Of a stretch of DNA of 64,000 nucleotides, positions 1-11,109 are shown in pieces. Origin of the DNA: an uncultured Ferrimonas sp. (lineage in GTDB: Bacteria > Pseudomonadota > Gammaproteobacteria > Enterobacterales > Shewanellaceae). The stretch lies in contig NZ_CANLCI010000003.1 in the NCBI RefSeq assembly GCF_947489035.1, forward strand, positions 155,533 through 219,532. Direction: 5' to 3'. The notes beneath the pieces were generated by a model. It ran no database searches and was not told the origin of the DNA. It saw nothing but the letters and a program-made list of their open reading frames with translations. Each line of letters opens with the position of its first letter. Position 1 is the first letter of the stretch. A program made the position numbers and the translations under genes.

Positions 1-130
1 GCTGTTCGGTGGTGCCTAAGGTAGAGATAGCCAACCAACCTTGCTGGCTGACACTAGGTTGTTGCTGTTGCCAGCCACGATAGGCTTGCTCGGTTGGCGC
101 TAAGGGCAAGCCCCATAACAGCGCCAACAT
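1..130 (-). CDS. 5' fragment of an ORF running off the left edge (first 43 codons only); product unknown
   Basis: ATG at 130-128 (minus strand), 11 nt downstream of the GH9 stop. The frame stays open to position 1 (MLALLWGLPLAPTEQAYRGWQQQQPS...) and codon usage resembles neighbouring genes. It is absent from the ORF track because it is truncated. Confidence 0.25.
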   Translation of the reverse strand, partial: MLALLWGLPLAPTEQAYRGWQQQQPSVSQQGWLAISTLGTTEQ

Positions 131-141
131 TGGCAGCGTGA

Positions 142-1800
142 TCACCGCTGAGCCGCTGCCAATTGCACGGCATCGGGATTGGCCAACAACGCCGCCAAGC
201 CGATGGCTGAAGCGTTGTAGTCAATCGCAAACTCATTCACGGAGTAATCTTTCGCTTCGTCGATGTAACTGCGCATCCCTTGGGCTTTAGGCGCAAAACC
301 CGCTTGAGCATCTTGATTCGGCCCCCCAACCATCATGCCTGGGGGCACAAAATTAACCGCTCGCCCCCAAATGTGATGTAAGTTCTGCACCGCATTCTGA
401 CCAATACCAGTGACGTAACTCAGATTGAAGGGGTTCACCCCAAACAGGTAGTTCCACTGACTCCAAGCAAGTTGCAAATATTCGCGGTTTTGGGTCAGTC
501 GGTAGCAATAACCAAACAGGATCCCCTCTTCTGCAACCATTTTGTTCGAGCCCCAGATAAAGCGCTGATTGGAAACTTGAAACTCACTGTTGTAAGCGTT
601 GTTACGCAACAACTGACAATGGGATTCGAACTTCAACTGGATCTGGTCACTCAAGGCGTCCACATTGCCGCTCAGCAGCAGGTGCCACATTCCCAATACC
701 GATGGATCCTTCCATTCGTAAATGCCAACGGAGGCTGGCATGTGCGCCACAGCATAAGAGAGGTATTGCGGTTTTAACGTGGTGAGGTAAAGCTCTGCCG
801 CTGCCCAGAAACGGTCGTCTTCATCGTGCTGCAACGACGCCTGAGTGTCCCATTTGTTATACATGTAGGGGCCAGAGCCGCCATCGTCCCCGGGGTGCCA
901 GTTAATCGCTTGCACCGGCTGCTGCTCTAACCATTTCCAGCCTTGCTCGGCATGCTCTAAAAATTCCGCAGCTCGTTGCTGATCCCAGTCTTGGTAAATT
1001 CGTGCTGCTTGCGCTAATGCCGCCACCGCTTTGGCCGTATCGGGCGTCGCCACGCCGTAAACGTAACGCGTTTGCCGATCAAGATGTGGCGGCACTAAAT
1101 CCGGCCATTTCTTCGCCCCAATTTTGCGGTAGAAGGCGCCATCTTGGCGCTGCATCTGCGTCATCCAATTCAAGCCAACCAGTGCCTCTTGCAACAAGGG
1201 CGATTGCTCTGGCCCCTGTTGCTTATCGCCGGCGGCGTCCATCAGCCGTGCCGCAGTGATCGCGGTGGTTGCTATGTATTTGCCGTAATCCCCAGCGTCG
1301 TACCAACCGCCACTGCCATCAATGCTGTCACCGGCTTGATGAAAGGGATCATCATGGGCGATCACCCCATCTTGCAGATGCGCTGGCGGCCGTTGCACGC
1401 CGCTGTGCGGATCTCGGATCGGCTTACCCGCGTGTTGGTAGCGGTAAGCACGCAACATCGTTTCTAGGGTGGTATCAAGTACGCTGTCGCTCACTTCAAA
1501 CACCACTGAACGCTGTTGCTCGCTTTGTAACTGATACCAGCCTGACGGCAACGAGGTGGGCAATTGCAGCGGCTGATTGGCTTGTTCTGCTTTCAATTGG
1601 GCTACGGTTTTGCCGCTTACCACATCAATCAGCTCAAGCTTTCCGGCAAACTGCGGAAACACCATATTGGTCTGCCCCGGTAGATAGCCCGCTTGATTCA
1701 CTCGCACCACCCCATCAACGGCCACACTGGGTGGCGCGTCTGCCGCCATCACTGTTGGAATAAGTAGTGCCAGTGGCAGCATCCTTGCTTTACTGTTCAT
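142..1800 (-). CDS. Glycoside hydrolase family 9 (endoglucanase / exo-glucosaminidase-like), secreted
   Basis: 552-aa ORF with an N-terminal signal peptide (MNSKARMLPLALLIPTVMAADA). It has the GH9 signature GGWYDAGDYGKY and a conserved C-terminal catalytic region (SYVTGIG, NEFAIDYNA). Its start overlaps the end of the upstream GH2 gene by 11 nt. Confidence 0.8.
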   Translation of the reverse strand: MNSKARMLPLALLIPTVMAADAPPSVAVDGVVRVNQAGYLPGQTNMVFPQFAGKLELIDVVSGKTVAQLKAEQANQPLQLPTSLPSGWYQLQSEQQRSVVFEVSDSVLDTTLETMLRAYRYQHAGKPIRDPHSGVQRPPAHLQDGVIAHDDPFHQAGDSIDGSGGWYDAGDYGKYIATTAITAARLMDAAGDKQQGPEQSPLLQEALVGLNWMTQMQRQDGAFYRKIGAKKWPDLVPPHLDRQTRYVYGVATPDTAKAVAALAQAARIYQDWDQQRAAEFLEHAEQGWKWLEQQPVQAINWHPGDDGGSGPYMYNKWDTQASLQHDEDDRFWAAAELYLTTLKPQYLSYAVAHMPASVGIYEWKDPSVLGMWHLLLSGNVDALSDQIQLKFESHCQLLRNNAYNSEFQVSNQRFIWGSNKMVAEEGILFGYCYRLTQNREYLQLAWSQWNYLFGVNPFNLSYVTGIGQNAVQNLHHIWGRAVNFVPPGMMVGGPNQDAQAGFAPKAQGMRSYIDEAKDYSVNEFAIDYNASAIGLAALLANPDAVQLAAAQR

Positions 1801-3976
1801 CGCTTACCTCAAATACAAATTGTGATTCACCAAGCAACTCGCCATTGCTGGCAAACAGTTTGGCGTAGAGCTGATAGCCACCCGCCGTTAGCGGCTGGCT
1901 TGGAAACGGTGCCAGTTGGGCAACGCTGTCTGGGGCTAAATCGAAATGACGTTTATCCGATGCAACCAAGCGACCTGCGTTCATAAGCTGCAACTGCAAC
2001 GACGCATCTGGGTATGGGACAGGCAGATCATTAAGCAGGTAGATGGGGATCGACACCGACTCATCGGGGGTAAATCGGTCTTGGTCGTGCATGATGCTTG
2101 GCATAACCGGCTGATAAGCCACCTGTAGCGCTTGATAGCCGGGTTTCGGATTACGGTTAAAATCCAAAATGCCCCAATTGGCTGAAGGCCAGTGCTCCAC
2201 CATCATAAACTGGAAGATCCCACCAACTGGGTGGTACTTTTGCCGCCGTAGGCTCTCTGCGGCATAACGGATCAGGCGCGCCTGATATTGCTGGCTGTTG
2301 TGGATCAGCTCAACCACATTACGGCCCTTGTCCACCCCAGCAATTTCGAAACTCTCTTTGGCTTGGAAATTATGAAATTGCCACTGCTCAAAGTCTTGTG
2401 GCAGCGACAGATCCGCATTCACGTTAACGACTGAACTCCACACCGGCAGATCCGGCAAGGCTTGAGCGCCAAATTCAGTGATGAGCGATTGCTGACTTGG
2501 TTTGCCGTAATCACGCCAGTTGCCGCTATACCAACCCAACCACGGGTGCTCTTTGGTCAACGAGGCCACAAAAGAGGGGCGGCTGCGGTCATGGTCTTGC
2601 AAGGTTTGATACAGCGCCATATCCAGCGCTTTGTTTTGATTGGGATCGTAATCGGGGTATTTCCACTTCATCCAATCCGCATCCCACGGCGGTTCATTAT
2701 GAGCCGACCACGCCACAATGCTGGGGTGATGGCCAAACTGGCTCAACATTTGGGTCATCTGCCGCTGCGCTTCTTGCTGAAACGCCTTGGTATCGATATA
2801 ACCCCACTGCAACGGGAAGTCTTGCCACACCATCATTCCCAGTTCATTGGCCACCTGATAAAAGCGCTGTGGCAGAACCATGGCATGCACCCGCACAATG
2901 TTCACGTTCGCCGCCGCCATTAACGCCAGATCTCGGCGGATCATCGCCTCGTCCACATCCGCCATATAAAGCGATGGGATGTAATTGGTGCCACGCAAAA
3001 ACAGCCGTTGTTGATTCAAGTACCACTGGCCAAGCTGACCATCGTAATGGATCTGGCGAAAGCCAACCTCGGTGGTTAACAGGGTTTCTTCGCGGTTGCC
3101 GCTGATTGCGGCAAGGCTGAGTTGATAACGGTTAGCCAAGCCATATTCCCGTGGCCACCACAGCTGCCATGCTCGCCACGGTAAGGTCAGGGTTTGCCTG
3201 CCTGCACTGGCGTCAAACTCAAACTGCTGCTCATCCTCAAAACCAATGCCCGTTAAGGTGACTCGCCACTGGCTTGGTTCAAGCCCATCGACATCAAACT
3301 GCAACTGTCCTTGGGCGCTGTCACCACTGATCTCGCTGCGCCATTTTAGCTGCTGGACGATAACCGAGGGTTTCGCCTGCAAACTGACCTGCCCCCAAAT
3401 GCCACCGGTATTGCGCTCTTGGCCACGATCGGTCCACGCACCGCCAGGGCGGGTATCGTGGTGGCTCAGCACCCCTTTGATCAGCGTTTTATGCAAAGAC
3501 CAGCTCACGTCTTGCTGCTGCTCTAGGGGGCTATCAACCCGCACACTAAGCGTATTGCGGCCGATCACGGCCACATCAGACACATCAAATTGGAATTGGC
3601 TGAAATAGCCTTGATGGGAACCAATAAACTGGCCGTTTAGCCAAACCTGCGCTCGATAATCAACTCCAGAAAAATTAAGCAGCAAGCCCGACGAGGGAAG
3701 AGAAGCGAGTTGAAACTGTTTGCGATACCAGTGCTTGCCAGCCACATCGTAGCCTTGCTGATACCAATTGCCTGGAACGGTGATCGATGCCCAACCGCTG
3801 TCGTCAAAATGACGCGCAACCGGATCGAGATCATCGAGCCCTGCCTGTGCAACTTGAAAACGCCACGGGCCATTCAGATCCGGTAACCCCTGCGCGGGCT
3901 GAGTTACCGCAGATTGGCAACCGCTCAAAAGCAAAACAGCAGTAAGTAATGCAAGCAATAACTGCAACGGTTTCAT
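1790..3976 (-). CDS. Glycoside hydrolase family 2 (beta-mannosidase / exo-beta-D-glucosaminidase-like) lipoprotein
   Basis: GH2-like sugar-binding, Ig and TIM-barrel layout with acid/base motif WSAHNEP and nucleophile region ITEFGAQA. I chose the internal start MKPLQLLLALLTAVLLLSGCQS (lipobox) because the track start at 4036 is a TTG inside the serS terminator. The start could also be 3982. Confidence 0.8.
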   Translation of the reverse strand: MKPLQLLLALLTAVLLLSGCQSAVTQPAQGLPDLNGPWRFQVAQAGLDDLDPVARHFDDSGWASITVPGNWYQQGYDVAGKHWYRKQFQLASLPSSGLLLNFSGVDYRAQVWLNGQFIGSHQGYFSQFQFDVSDVAVIGRNTLSVRVDSPLEQQQDVSWSLHKTLIKGVLSHHDTRPGGAWTDRGQERNTGGIWGQVSLQAKPSVIVQQLKWRSEISGDSAQGQLQFDVDGLEPSQWRVTLTGIGFEDEQQFEFDASAGRQTLTLPWRAWQLWWPREYGLANRYQLSLAAISGNREETLLTTEVGFRQIHYDGQLGQWYLNQQRLFLRGTNYIPSLYMADVDEAMIRRDLALMAAANVNIVRVHAMVLPQRFYQVANELGMMVWQDFPLQWGYIDTKAFQQEAQRQMTQMLSQFGHHPSIVAWSAHNEPPWDADWMKWKYPDYDPNQNKALDMALYQTLQDHDRSRPSFVASLTKEHPWLGWYSGNWRDYGKPSQQSLITEFGAQALPDLPVWSSVVNVNADLSLPQDFEQWQFHNFQAKESFEIAGVDKGRNVVELIHNSQQYQARLIRYAAESLRRQKYHPVGGIFQFMMVEHWPSANWGILDFNRNPKPGYQALQVAYQPVMPSIMHDQDRFTPDESVSIPIYLLNDLPVPYPDASLQLQLMNAGRLVASDKRHFDLAPDSVAQLAPFPSQPLTAGGYQLYAKLFASNGELLGESQFVFEVSDEQ

Positions 3977-4034
3977 AGCCATCCATAGCGAAAGAAACGA
4001 TATGTTTAAAGCTAGTTCAGCCGGTGCAGATAGC

Positions 4035-4066
4035 AAAAAGGGAGACGCAATGCGCCTCCCTTTTTT
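4035..4066 (-). terminator. Rho-independent terminator downstream of serS (bidirectional shape)
   Basis: aaaaa-gggagacgc-aat-gcgcctccc-tttttt. This is a 9-bp stem with one mismatch, flanked by an A-run and a T-run. Confidence 0.8.
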
Positions 4067-4094
4067 AGTCGTAATTCAACGTTGATGCCGTGAA

Positions 4095-5393
<1,299 letters not shown>

Positions 5394-5397
5394 TTAA

Positions 5398-5772
5398 TTA
5401 ACTGTTTGTCGAAATAGCTTGCTGACCGAGCATAACCATGCCCAGACACACAACCACATTCAACAATATGTTTAACGTCGCTTTGCCCCACTCGCCCTGC
5501 TGCATCAGCAACACGGATTCATTGGCAAAAGTGGAAAAAGTGGTTAACGCGCCTAACATGCCTACCCCAACCAAAGCTTTCACACTCGGTGGTACATCGG
5601 CAGCCATGGTAAATGCGTATAAGGCTCCCATACAGAAGGAACCAACACTGTTAACTAGCAGTGTACCAAACGGAAAGCCAGTTCCGAATAGCCGAACCGC
5701 TAATAAAGAAGCGCCATATCGCAAACTTGCGCCTATGGCACCACCGCAGGCAACTGCCAGCAGATTATTCAT
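5398..5772 (-). CDS. crcB: Fluoride ion channel CrcB/FluC
   Basis: 124 aa with four TM segments and CrcB-type motifs ([19 protein letters not shown]). Its start overlaps the rarA stop by 8 nt. Confidence 0.9.
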   Translation of the reverse strand: MNNLLAVACGGAIGASLRYGASLLAVRLFGTGFPFGTLLVNSVGSFCMGALYAFTMAADVPPSVKALVGVGMLGALTTFSTFANESVLLMQQGEWGKATLNILLNVVVCLGMVMLGQQAISTNS

Positions 5773-7093
5773 ACCGTTTTATCTCACTATTTAGATTGAC
5801 CTGCGCTAAAAACCTAAGTTTTTCACTGATCTTCTTTTCCAAGCCACGCTCGCTTGGTTGGTAGATCCGTACCCCAGCCAGTGGCTCTGGCAGGTAAACT
5901 TCGCCAGCGGCATACGCATTGGGTTCATCATGGGCATAACGGTATTCGGCACCGTGCCCCATCTCTTTCAATAACGACGTTGGCGCATTACGCAGATGCA
6001 CCGGCACCTCAAGATCCAAGGTTTCTTTGGCCAGCTGTTTTGCTGCCGAAAAAGCGGTATAGACCGCATTGCTTTTCGGTGCGCACGCCAAATACAGTAC
6101 CGCTTGAGCAATGGCGCGTTCGCCTTCGCCCGCGCCAACTCGATGGAAGCAGTCCCATGCATTCAGTGCCACTTCCATCGCGCGTGGATCGGCATTGCCG
6201 ATATCTTCAGAGGCGATGGCCAGTAAGCGCCGTGCCACATAAAGGGGATCGCCGCCACCGGCAAGAATGCGGGCAAACCAGTACAGCGCCGCATCGGGAT
6301 CGCTGCCCCGAACGGATTTGTGCACCGCAGAGATCAGGTCGTAATAGTGATCGCCTTTGTTATCAAACCGAGCCACGGGCTCGCCCGCCACTTCGGCAAG
6401 GTGCTCAAGGCTGAGCTGTTGATCATCGCTTAGCTCAGCCATCATCTCTAACAGGTTCAACGCTCGACGGGCATCGCCGTCAACGTGCTTAGCCAAGGCT
6501 TGGCAGACATCGTCATTGAGTTGCAGTTGTTGCTTACCAAGGCCACGCTCGCCGTCGGTCAACGCTTGCTCAATGATGCTGACAATCTCAGTAACCGTTA
6601 GCTTTTTAATTAAGTGCACCCGCGCCCGCGATAACAGTGCATTGTTTACTTCAAACGAGGGGTTTTCAGTTGTGGCACCAATGAAAATTACGGTGCCATC
6701 TTCAATGTGAGGCAAAAACGCATCTTGTTGAGATTTATTGAAGCGATGTACTTCATCCACAAACAATAAGGTGCGGCGACCGTGCATCGACGCCACTTGC
6801 TTAGCTTGGTCAATCGCGGCACGGATCTCTTTGACTCCCGAGGTGACCGCAGAGATCCGCTCGACATGGGCATTACAACTGCTGGCAACAATCTCGGCCA
6901 AGGTGGTTTTGCCAGTACCAGGCGGTCCCCACAACAGCATGGAATGCGGCTTGCCCGCTTCAAGGGCGCGGCGTAACGGCTTGCCGTCGCCTAATAAGTG
7001 GCTTTGGCCAATGTACTCACTCAGGTTTCGCGGTCGCATCCGCGCCGCAAGAGGCCGAAAATCTGGGGAGAAATCAAAACCGAGGTTACTCAT
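5765..7093 (-). CDS. rarA: Replication-associated recombination protein A (MgsA), AAA+ ATPase
   Basis: 442 aa with Walker [10 protein letters not shown], Walker [12 protein letters not shown] and the conserved MgsA C-terminal domain. It sits in the canonical position between lolA and serS. Confidence 0.95.
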   Translation of the reverse strand: MSNLGFDFSPDFRPLAARMRPRNLSEYIGQSHLLGDGKPLRRALEAGKPHSMLLWGPPGTGKTTLAEIVASSCNAHVERISAVTSGVKEIRAAIDQAKQVASMHGRRTLLFVDEVHRFNKSQQDAFLPHIEDGTVIFIGATTENPSFEVNNALLSRARVHLIKKLTVTEIVSIIEQALTDGERGLGKQQLQLNDDVCQALAKHVDGDARRALNLLEMMAELSDDQQLSLEHLAEVAGEPVARFDNKGDHYYDLISAVHKSVRGSDPDAALYWFARILAGGGDPLYVARRLLAIASEDIGNADPRAMEVALNAWDCFHRVGAGEGERAIAQAVLYLACAPKSNAVYTAFSAAKQLAKETLDLEVPVHLRNAPTSLLKEMGHGAEYRYAHDEPNAYAAGEVYLPEPLAGVRIYQPSERGLEKKISEKLRFLAQVNLNSEIKRYE

Positions 7094-7686
7094 TGCTGAC
7101 GTTGATCATCAATGAACGTGCCTTCTGGTGGCGTGAAGTTAAAGTTATCGTCGGCCAGCGCAGCCAGATTAAAATCCGTTAACGTCATCACGGTGCGATT
7201 GCCTTGGGCATCAATCAGCTGCAGTTTATTGATGGCGTCACCATTGAAGCACACTTGCATCTCTACCCCTTGCTGCTGTGGTTGATTAAGCACAAAGCAT
7301 TGCTGCTGCTGGCTTACTTGCCACTGCGCCCACAAGGCGGGATCTCGGCTCGACAACAACGGCAGCGGGGTTTGCTCCAGCACATCGGCAATGGCACTGA
7401 TGGTGACTTGCTCGACATAAGGATCGTAGTACCAGACGGCAACCCCGTCGGACACCAACGACAATTGATCGGGGCTTTGTTGCAGCCAAGAGAACTTCAG
7501 CGGTGCTTTCAGTGCCACCGTGCCTTGGCTTTGCTGCACAAGCTGATCATCAAAATCAAAGGCTTGCTGGTCAAATGTTGCTTGAAACTGTGGCACGGCG
7601 GCCAATTTTTGTTGCAGCAGCTCCGAAGGCTGCTGTGCATTGACGGCAAGGGGGAGCAACGCCGCAATGGCAAAAGTTTTAATCAT
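7090..7686 (-). CDS. lolA: Outer-membrane lipoprotein carrier protein LolA
   Basis: 198 aa with a signal peptide and a LolA-like sequence (FQATFDQ...[11 protein letters not shown]). It has ATGA overlap with rarA and lies between ftsK and rarA as in E. coli and Vibrio. Confidence 0.9.
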   Translation of the reverse strand: MIKTFAIAALLPLAVNAQQPSELLQQKLAAVPQFQATFDQQAFDFDDQLVQQSQGTVALKAPLKFSWLQQSPDQLSLVSDGVAVWYYDPYVEQVTISAIADVLEQTPLPLLSSRDPALWAQWQVSQQQQCFVLNQPQQQGVEMQVCFNGDAINKLQLIDAQGNRTVMTLTDFNLAALADDNFNFTPPEGTFIDDQRQQ

Positions 7687-10243
7687 TACTTCTTCCTGGA
7701 ACCAGCACTTCGCGGTTTCCGTTGTGGGCAGGTTTACTTACGATGCCCGATGTTTCCATTTGTTCAACCAAACGCGCCGCGCGGTTGTAACCAACTTTTA
7801 ATTTACGCTGCACGCTAGAGATCGACGCTCTACGGCTTTCAATCACAAAGGCAACGGCTTCATCATAAAGGGGATCTTGTTCGCTGTCGGTTTCGGCACT
7901 TTCGCCTGGCAGCAAGACACTTTCGCCGCCATTTTCGCCATTAAGGATCTCATCCACGTACACCGGCTTGGCGCGGGCGCTCCAGTCGGCCACCACCGCA
8001 TGCACTTCGTGATCATCGACAAAGGCACCGTGAACGCGCGTTGGTACGCTGGTGCCTGGCGGCAGGTACAACATATCGCCCTGCCCCAGCAACTGTTCGG
8101 CACCTTGCTGATCTAAAATAGTGCGGGAATCGATGCGGCTGGAGACTTGGAATGCAATCCGAGTGGGGATGTTGGCTTTAATCAAGCCGGTGATCACATC
8201 CACCGATGGTCGCTGGGTGGCCAAAATCAGGTGAATGCCCGCCGCTCGCGCTTTCTGAGCAATACGGGCAATCAGTTCTTCGACTTTCTTACCAACAATC
8301 ATCATCATGTCGGCAAATTCATCGACAACAACCACAATCGCAGGCAGCTTTTCTAAGTTCGGCGCTTCGGTTTCCATCGATTGTTCTGGCGTCCAAAACG
8401 GATCTTTAATCGGCTCACCCGCGGCGGCGGCCGCAAGTACCTTGGCGTTGTAACCATTGAGGTTACGCACCCCTAAGGCCGACATCAATTTGTAGCGTCG
8501 TTCCATCTCGCCCACACACCAACGCAAGGCATTAGACGCTTCCTTCATGTCGGTCACCACTTCACACAGCAGATGCGGGATCCCTTCGTACACTGAAAGT
8601 TCGAGCATTTTTGGATCGATCATGATCAGCCGTACGTCTTCTGGCGTCGACTTATACAACAGACTTAAGATCATCACGTTTACGCCAACCGACTTACCGG
8701 AGCCAGTGGTACCAGCAACCAATAAGTGCGGCATCTTGGCCAGATCCACAACCACCGCTTGGCCAGAAATGTCTTGCCCAAGCACCATGGTTAAGTTGGA
8801 GGCGGCATCTTCAAATCGAGGCGAACCAATCACATCACGCAAGTAGACAATTTCACGGTGCTTATTCGGCAGCTCTAAACCAATCACCGATTTGCCCGGG
8901 ATCACTTCAACCACCCGCACTGAGACTGCCGATAACGCTCGCGCCAGATCTTTAGCCAGGTTAGAGATCTTGGACACCTTAATGCCGGGGGCCAAATCCA
9001 GCTCGAAGCGCGTGATCACAGGGCCGGGGTGCACATCCACCACGTGGGCCTGAATGTTAAAATCGAGCAGCTTCGCTTCCACTAAACGGGCAATGCCATC
9101 AAGTTCTTCTCGGCTGATCGGATTTAAGCTTTTGTTTGGTCGGTCTAGCAGCTCCAAGGTTGGCATTGGTGCCGTTGGTACCGACAATGGCGCACTTTGC
9201 CCTTGTGGGTGCTGCTTAGCGATTGCGTCGGCCAGATAGCTTTCAATTGCCGGTGCCGCTGGAGCCGTCGCAGCAACCGCTTCATCGGCGATAGCCGCAT
9301 CGATCGGATCAATGGCGGGCGGAACGGCTGTGGTTGGCTCGAGTTCAGGCTCCGGTTCAATGGCACTAAAACTGGGCTCGATGGCCGTGGACTCGGCGGC
9401 ATCGTTTGTCGCCCAAGGCGGGATAAAGGCTTCCGCTGGGGCATCGGACTGTATTGAACTGTGCTGTGCCAGCCCGTCCAGTTCATCCAAATTATCGGCC
9501 TTTACCAGCGGCGATGGTGGTGCACTTTGCCCCGGTTTAGCCGCGGTCCCTGCTGGCTTAGCAATCGGCTTTGGTGCTTGAAACTCCTCCACCACATCCA
9601 AGAACTCTTGGGTGTCTTCGCTGTCTTCTTGCTCATTGGAAAAATGGGAAGGCAAGCGGTACAGCCACAGCGCGGCACCGATGCATAAGGCGCCAATCAC
9701 CTCGGCCACCGTAACCCACGAGATCCCGGTAACAAGGGTAAAGCCCGAAGCAATGAAACTGATTAAGATCAGCGTGGTACCAATGAAATTAAAAATGGGC
9801 AGCATCGCTTCAGCAATGATATCGCCAATCAAACCACCGGCTGAAAAATAGTGGATGTCGTCCGCATTTAACGCCGCCAAAGCCGCCACGCTGCACGCCA
9901 CCATTAAAAAACCGATGATGCGCAGGCTGATCGAGAAATAATCCAGACTGTCGAGATAACGCACCTGATGGAAGGTTAACCAACCAATGGCGGCCACCAC
10001 AAAGGGGATCATGTAAGCCGTAAGGCCAAAGGTGAACAGCAGTACATCCGCAACCCAAGCACCTGCCAGCCCCATGGCATTTAGGGTTTGAGTGCCCCAC
10101 GCCACTTGGCTCCAGCCGGGATCGGTGGGGTAATAGGTCGCTAAGGCAATTAAGACAAAACAAGAGGATACCCACGTGGTGATAAGCCCAACATGGCACA
10201 ACCGTTGCACCCAATTGAGTGGGTTGAGTTTTGAATCTGACAA
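7679..10243 (-). CDS. ftsK: DNA translocase FtsK
   Basis: 854 aa with N-terminal TM segments and a P/A/Q-rich linker. The motor domain has Walker [10 protein letters not shown] and the C-terminal gamma (KOPS-binding) domain has [24 protein letters not shown]. Confidence 0.97.
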   Translation of the reverse strand: MSDSKLNPLNWVQRLCHVGLITTWVSSCFVLIALATYYPTDPGWSQVAWGTQTLNAMGLAGAWVADVLLFTFGLTAYMIPFVVAAIGWLTFHQVRYLDSLDYFSISLRIIGFLMVACSVAALAALNADDIHYFSAGGLIGDIIAEAMLPIFNFIGTTLILISFIASGFTLVTGISWVTVAEVIGALCIGAALWLYRLPSHFSNEQEDSEDTQEFLDVVEEFQAPKPIAKPAGTAAKPGQSAPPSPLVKADNLDELDGLAQHSSIQSDAPAEAFIPPWATNDAAESTAIEPSFSAIEPEPELEPTTAVPPAIDPIDAAIADEAVAATAPAAPAIESYLADAIAKQHPQGQSAPLSVPTAPMPTLELLDRPNKSLNPISREELDGIARLVEAKLLDFNIQAHVVDVHPGPVITRFELDLAPGIKVSKISNLAKDLARALSAVSVRVVEVIPGKSVIGLELPNKHREIVYLRDVIGSPRFEDAASNLTMVLGQDISGQAVVVDLAKMPHLLVAGTTGSGKSVGVNVMILSLLYKSTPEDVRLIMIDPKMLELSVYEGIPHLLCEVVTDMKEASNALRWCVGEMERRYKLMSALGVRNLNGYNAKVLAAAAAGEPIKDPFWTPEQSMETEAPNLEKLPAIVVVVDEFADMMMIVGKKVEELIARIAQKARAAGIHLILATQRPSVDVITGLIKANIPTRIAFQVSSRIDSRTILDQQGAEQLLGQGDMLYLPPGTSVPTRVHGAFVDDHEVHAVVADWSARAKPVYVDEILNGENGGESVLLPGESAETDSEQDPLYDEAVAFVIESRRASISSVQRKLKVGYNRAARLVEQMETSGIVSKPAHNGNREVLVPGRSND

Positions 10244-10382
10244 GTTGCGGTCCTATCCTTTATGGCTTGGGTGGGGATAATGACGTCTTCCCGCAAGCGA
10301 ATAACTAAATACAGAACACTCACTTTACCAAACCTAACAGCAGCTTGCATCGACGCCACCGCTCGCTGCGGGTTGAAGCAAC

Positions 10383-10409
10383 AAAAAAGCGCCCAATTGG
10401 GCGCTTTTT
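10383..10409 (-). terminator. Rho-independent terminator downstream of lrp
   Basis: aaaaaa-gcgccc-aatt-gggcgc-ttttt. A GC stem flanked by A and T runs, immediately after the lrp stop. Confidence 0.8.
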
Positions 10410-10425
10410 ATAAACCACAGTACGC

Positions 10426-10929
10426 TTAGTTCAGCGTTGGCGTGGAGATTTGAACTCGACTGGTCTGTTTTACTTCTTCCATTACCACGTAAGTGCGGGT
10501 GTCTTTTACGGAAGGCAGCTTCAGCAGGGTCTCAGACAACAGGCGACGGTAGGCTGTCATGTCGCTTACGCGGGTCTTCAACAGGTAATCGAAATCCCCG
10601 GAGACCAGATGACATTCTTGCACGTCTTCTAGCAGCATTACCGCCTGATTGAATTGGTCAAATACTTCTGGGTTGTCGCGGTTCAGCGAGATCTCAACGT
10701 AAACCAACAATGAGGCACCAAGGTAGTGCGGGTTAACCTGAGCCGTGTAGCCAAGGATGAAGCCCTGTCGTTCCAATCGTTTAACACGCTCTAAACATGG
10801 TGTTGGGCTTAGGCCAACTCGTTTGGACAGCTCTACATTGGAAATTCGCCCATCCTTCTGTAGTTCATTCAGGATGTTTCTGTCGATTCTATCAAGTTCT
10901 TTCAACGGCTTTTTCTTGTTATATGCCAT
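10426..10929 (-). CDS. lrp: Leucine-responsive regulatory protein Lrp
   Basis: 167 aa with near-canonical Lrp sequence (DRIDRNILNELQKDGRISNVELSKRVGLSPTPCLERVRRLE-like HTH plus an RAM domain). Confidence 0.95.
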   Translation of the reverse strand: MAYNKKKPLKELDRIDRNILNELQKDGRISNVELSKRVGLSPTPCLERVKRLERQGFILGYTAQVNPHYLGASLLVYVEISLNRDNPEVFDQFNQAVMLLEDVQECHLVSGDFDYLLKTRVSDMTAYRRLLSETLLKLPSVKDTRTYVVMEEVKQTSRVQISTPTLN

Positions 10930-11109
10930 ATTTACTTCCTTAGGCTTTGCGAACGGCAGTATAAAATTCCATATATACGCGAATATATTGCGAGAAAAAC
11001 TCCCACACGAAGATTATACTGATTTTGCTGCTAACACCAAGTAAAACATCACATAATTTGTGATTAGCGGTCACATTAATATAACGAATAGTTAAAAGGC
11101 AGGATGCAG

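Noticed and set aside
3977-4036. Long N-terminal extensions of several track ORFs (GH2 to 4036, icd to 23499, CAP protein to 31139, HAD-membrane protein to 40620, cydD 13361, roxA 27555)
   Set aside because: The extensions begin at TTG or GTG codons inside terminators or intergenic sequence. They add non-conserved residues ahead of canonical N-termini that have their own RBS.
5773-5900. Expected fluoride riboswitch upstream of crcB
   Set aside because: The crcB start codon lies inside the 3' end of rarA, so there is no leader. The region is rarA coding sequence.
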